A DNA stretch of 64,000 nt, from the NCBI RefSeq assembly GCF_030028105.1, contig NC_092397.1, positions 12,539,271 through 12,603,270 of the forward strand, written 5' to 3'. Of this stretch, positions 63,877 through 64,000 are shown piece after piece. Below the pieces are notes generated by a model, which ran no database searches, was not told the DNA's origin, and saw nothing but the letters and a program-made list of their open reading frames with translations. This DNA is from Mobula birostris. Its lineage: Eukaryota. The stretch's first letter is position 1, and every line of letters begins with the position of its first letter. The position numbers were made by a program, and so were the translations under genes.

Positions 63877-63977
63877 CCCCACAGAAAGATGGCGGCCGCA
63901 GTGCGGGGCGGAAGTGACGACGTTGGGGAGAGGAGGGAAATGACGCCATGTCTGTCGGCGTTGATTAAATTGTGAAG
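63877..63977 (+). promoter_or_regulatory. Cystatin unit D promoter
   Basis: Same YY1/GC/ETS module as unit C. Confidence 0.7.
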
Positions 63978-64000
63978 ATGGCGGGTTTGGGGGTGCGCTC
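63978..64000 (+). CDS. Cystatin unit D exon 1 start (MAGLGVR...), runs off the window
   Basis: tgtgaagATGgcgggtttgggg is identical to the unit C start and follows a paralogous spacer. Confidence 0.8.

Overview
Eukaryotic, repeat-rich vertebrate DNA. The mix of CR1 LINEs with (CTATGTTT)n tails, V-SINEs and Penelope-like elements suggests a cartilaginous fish, probably a ray (inference). The window contains a complete 7-exon DRAP1 (NC2-alpha) gene on + (4686-30497, 214 aa) whose intron 2 is a minor-spliceosome (U12) intron. A decaying tandem array of type-2 cystatin units follows: unit A has only exon 1 (33089-33355), unit B has only exons 2-3 (55832-56176), unit C is truncated by a 962-bp deletion (61415-62964), and unit D starts at 63978. 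A ~9.7-kb array of 49-bp satellite lies between A and B. Penelope-like element ends carry minimal type-I hammerhead ribozyme motifs with a palindromic ACGU stem III; the best-preserved copy lies in sense inside the DRAP1 U12 intron. The DRAP1 CpG-island promoter has an RFX X-box-like minisatellite upstream and a minisatellite of duplicated splice donors downstream. The rest is CR1, RTE, Rex1/Babar, Tx1, Nimb, hAT and Tc1 debris; transposon boundaries are approximate and family calls are by eye.
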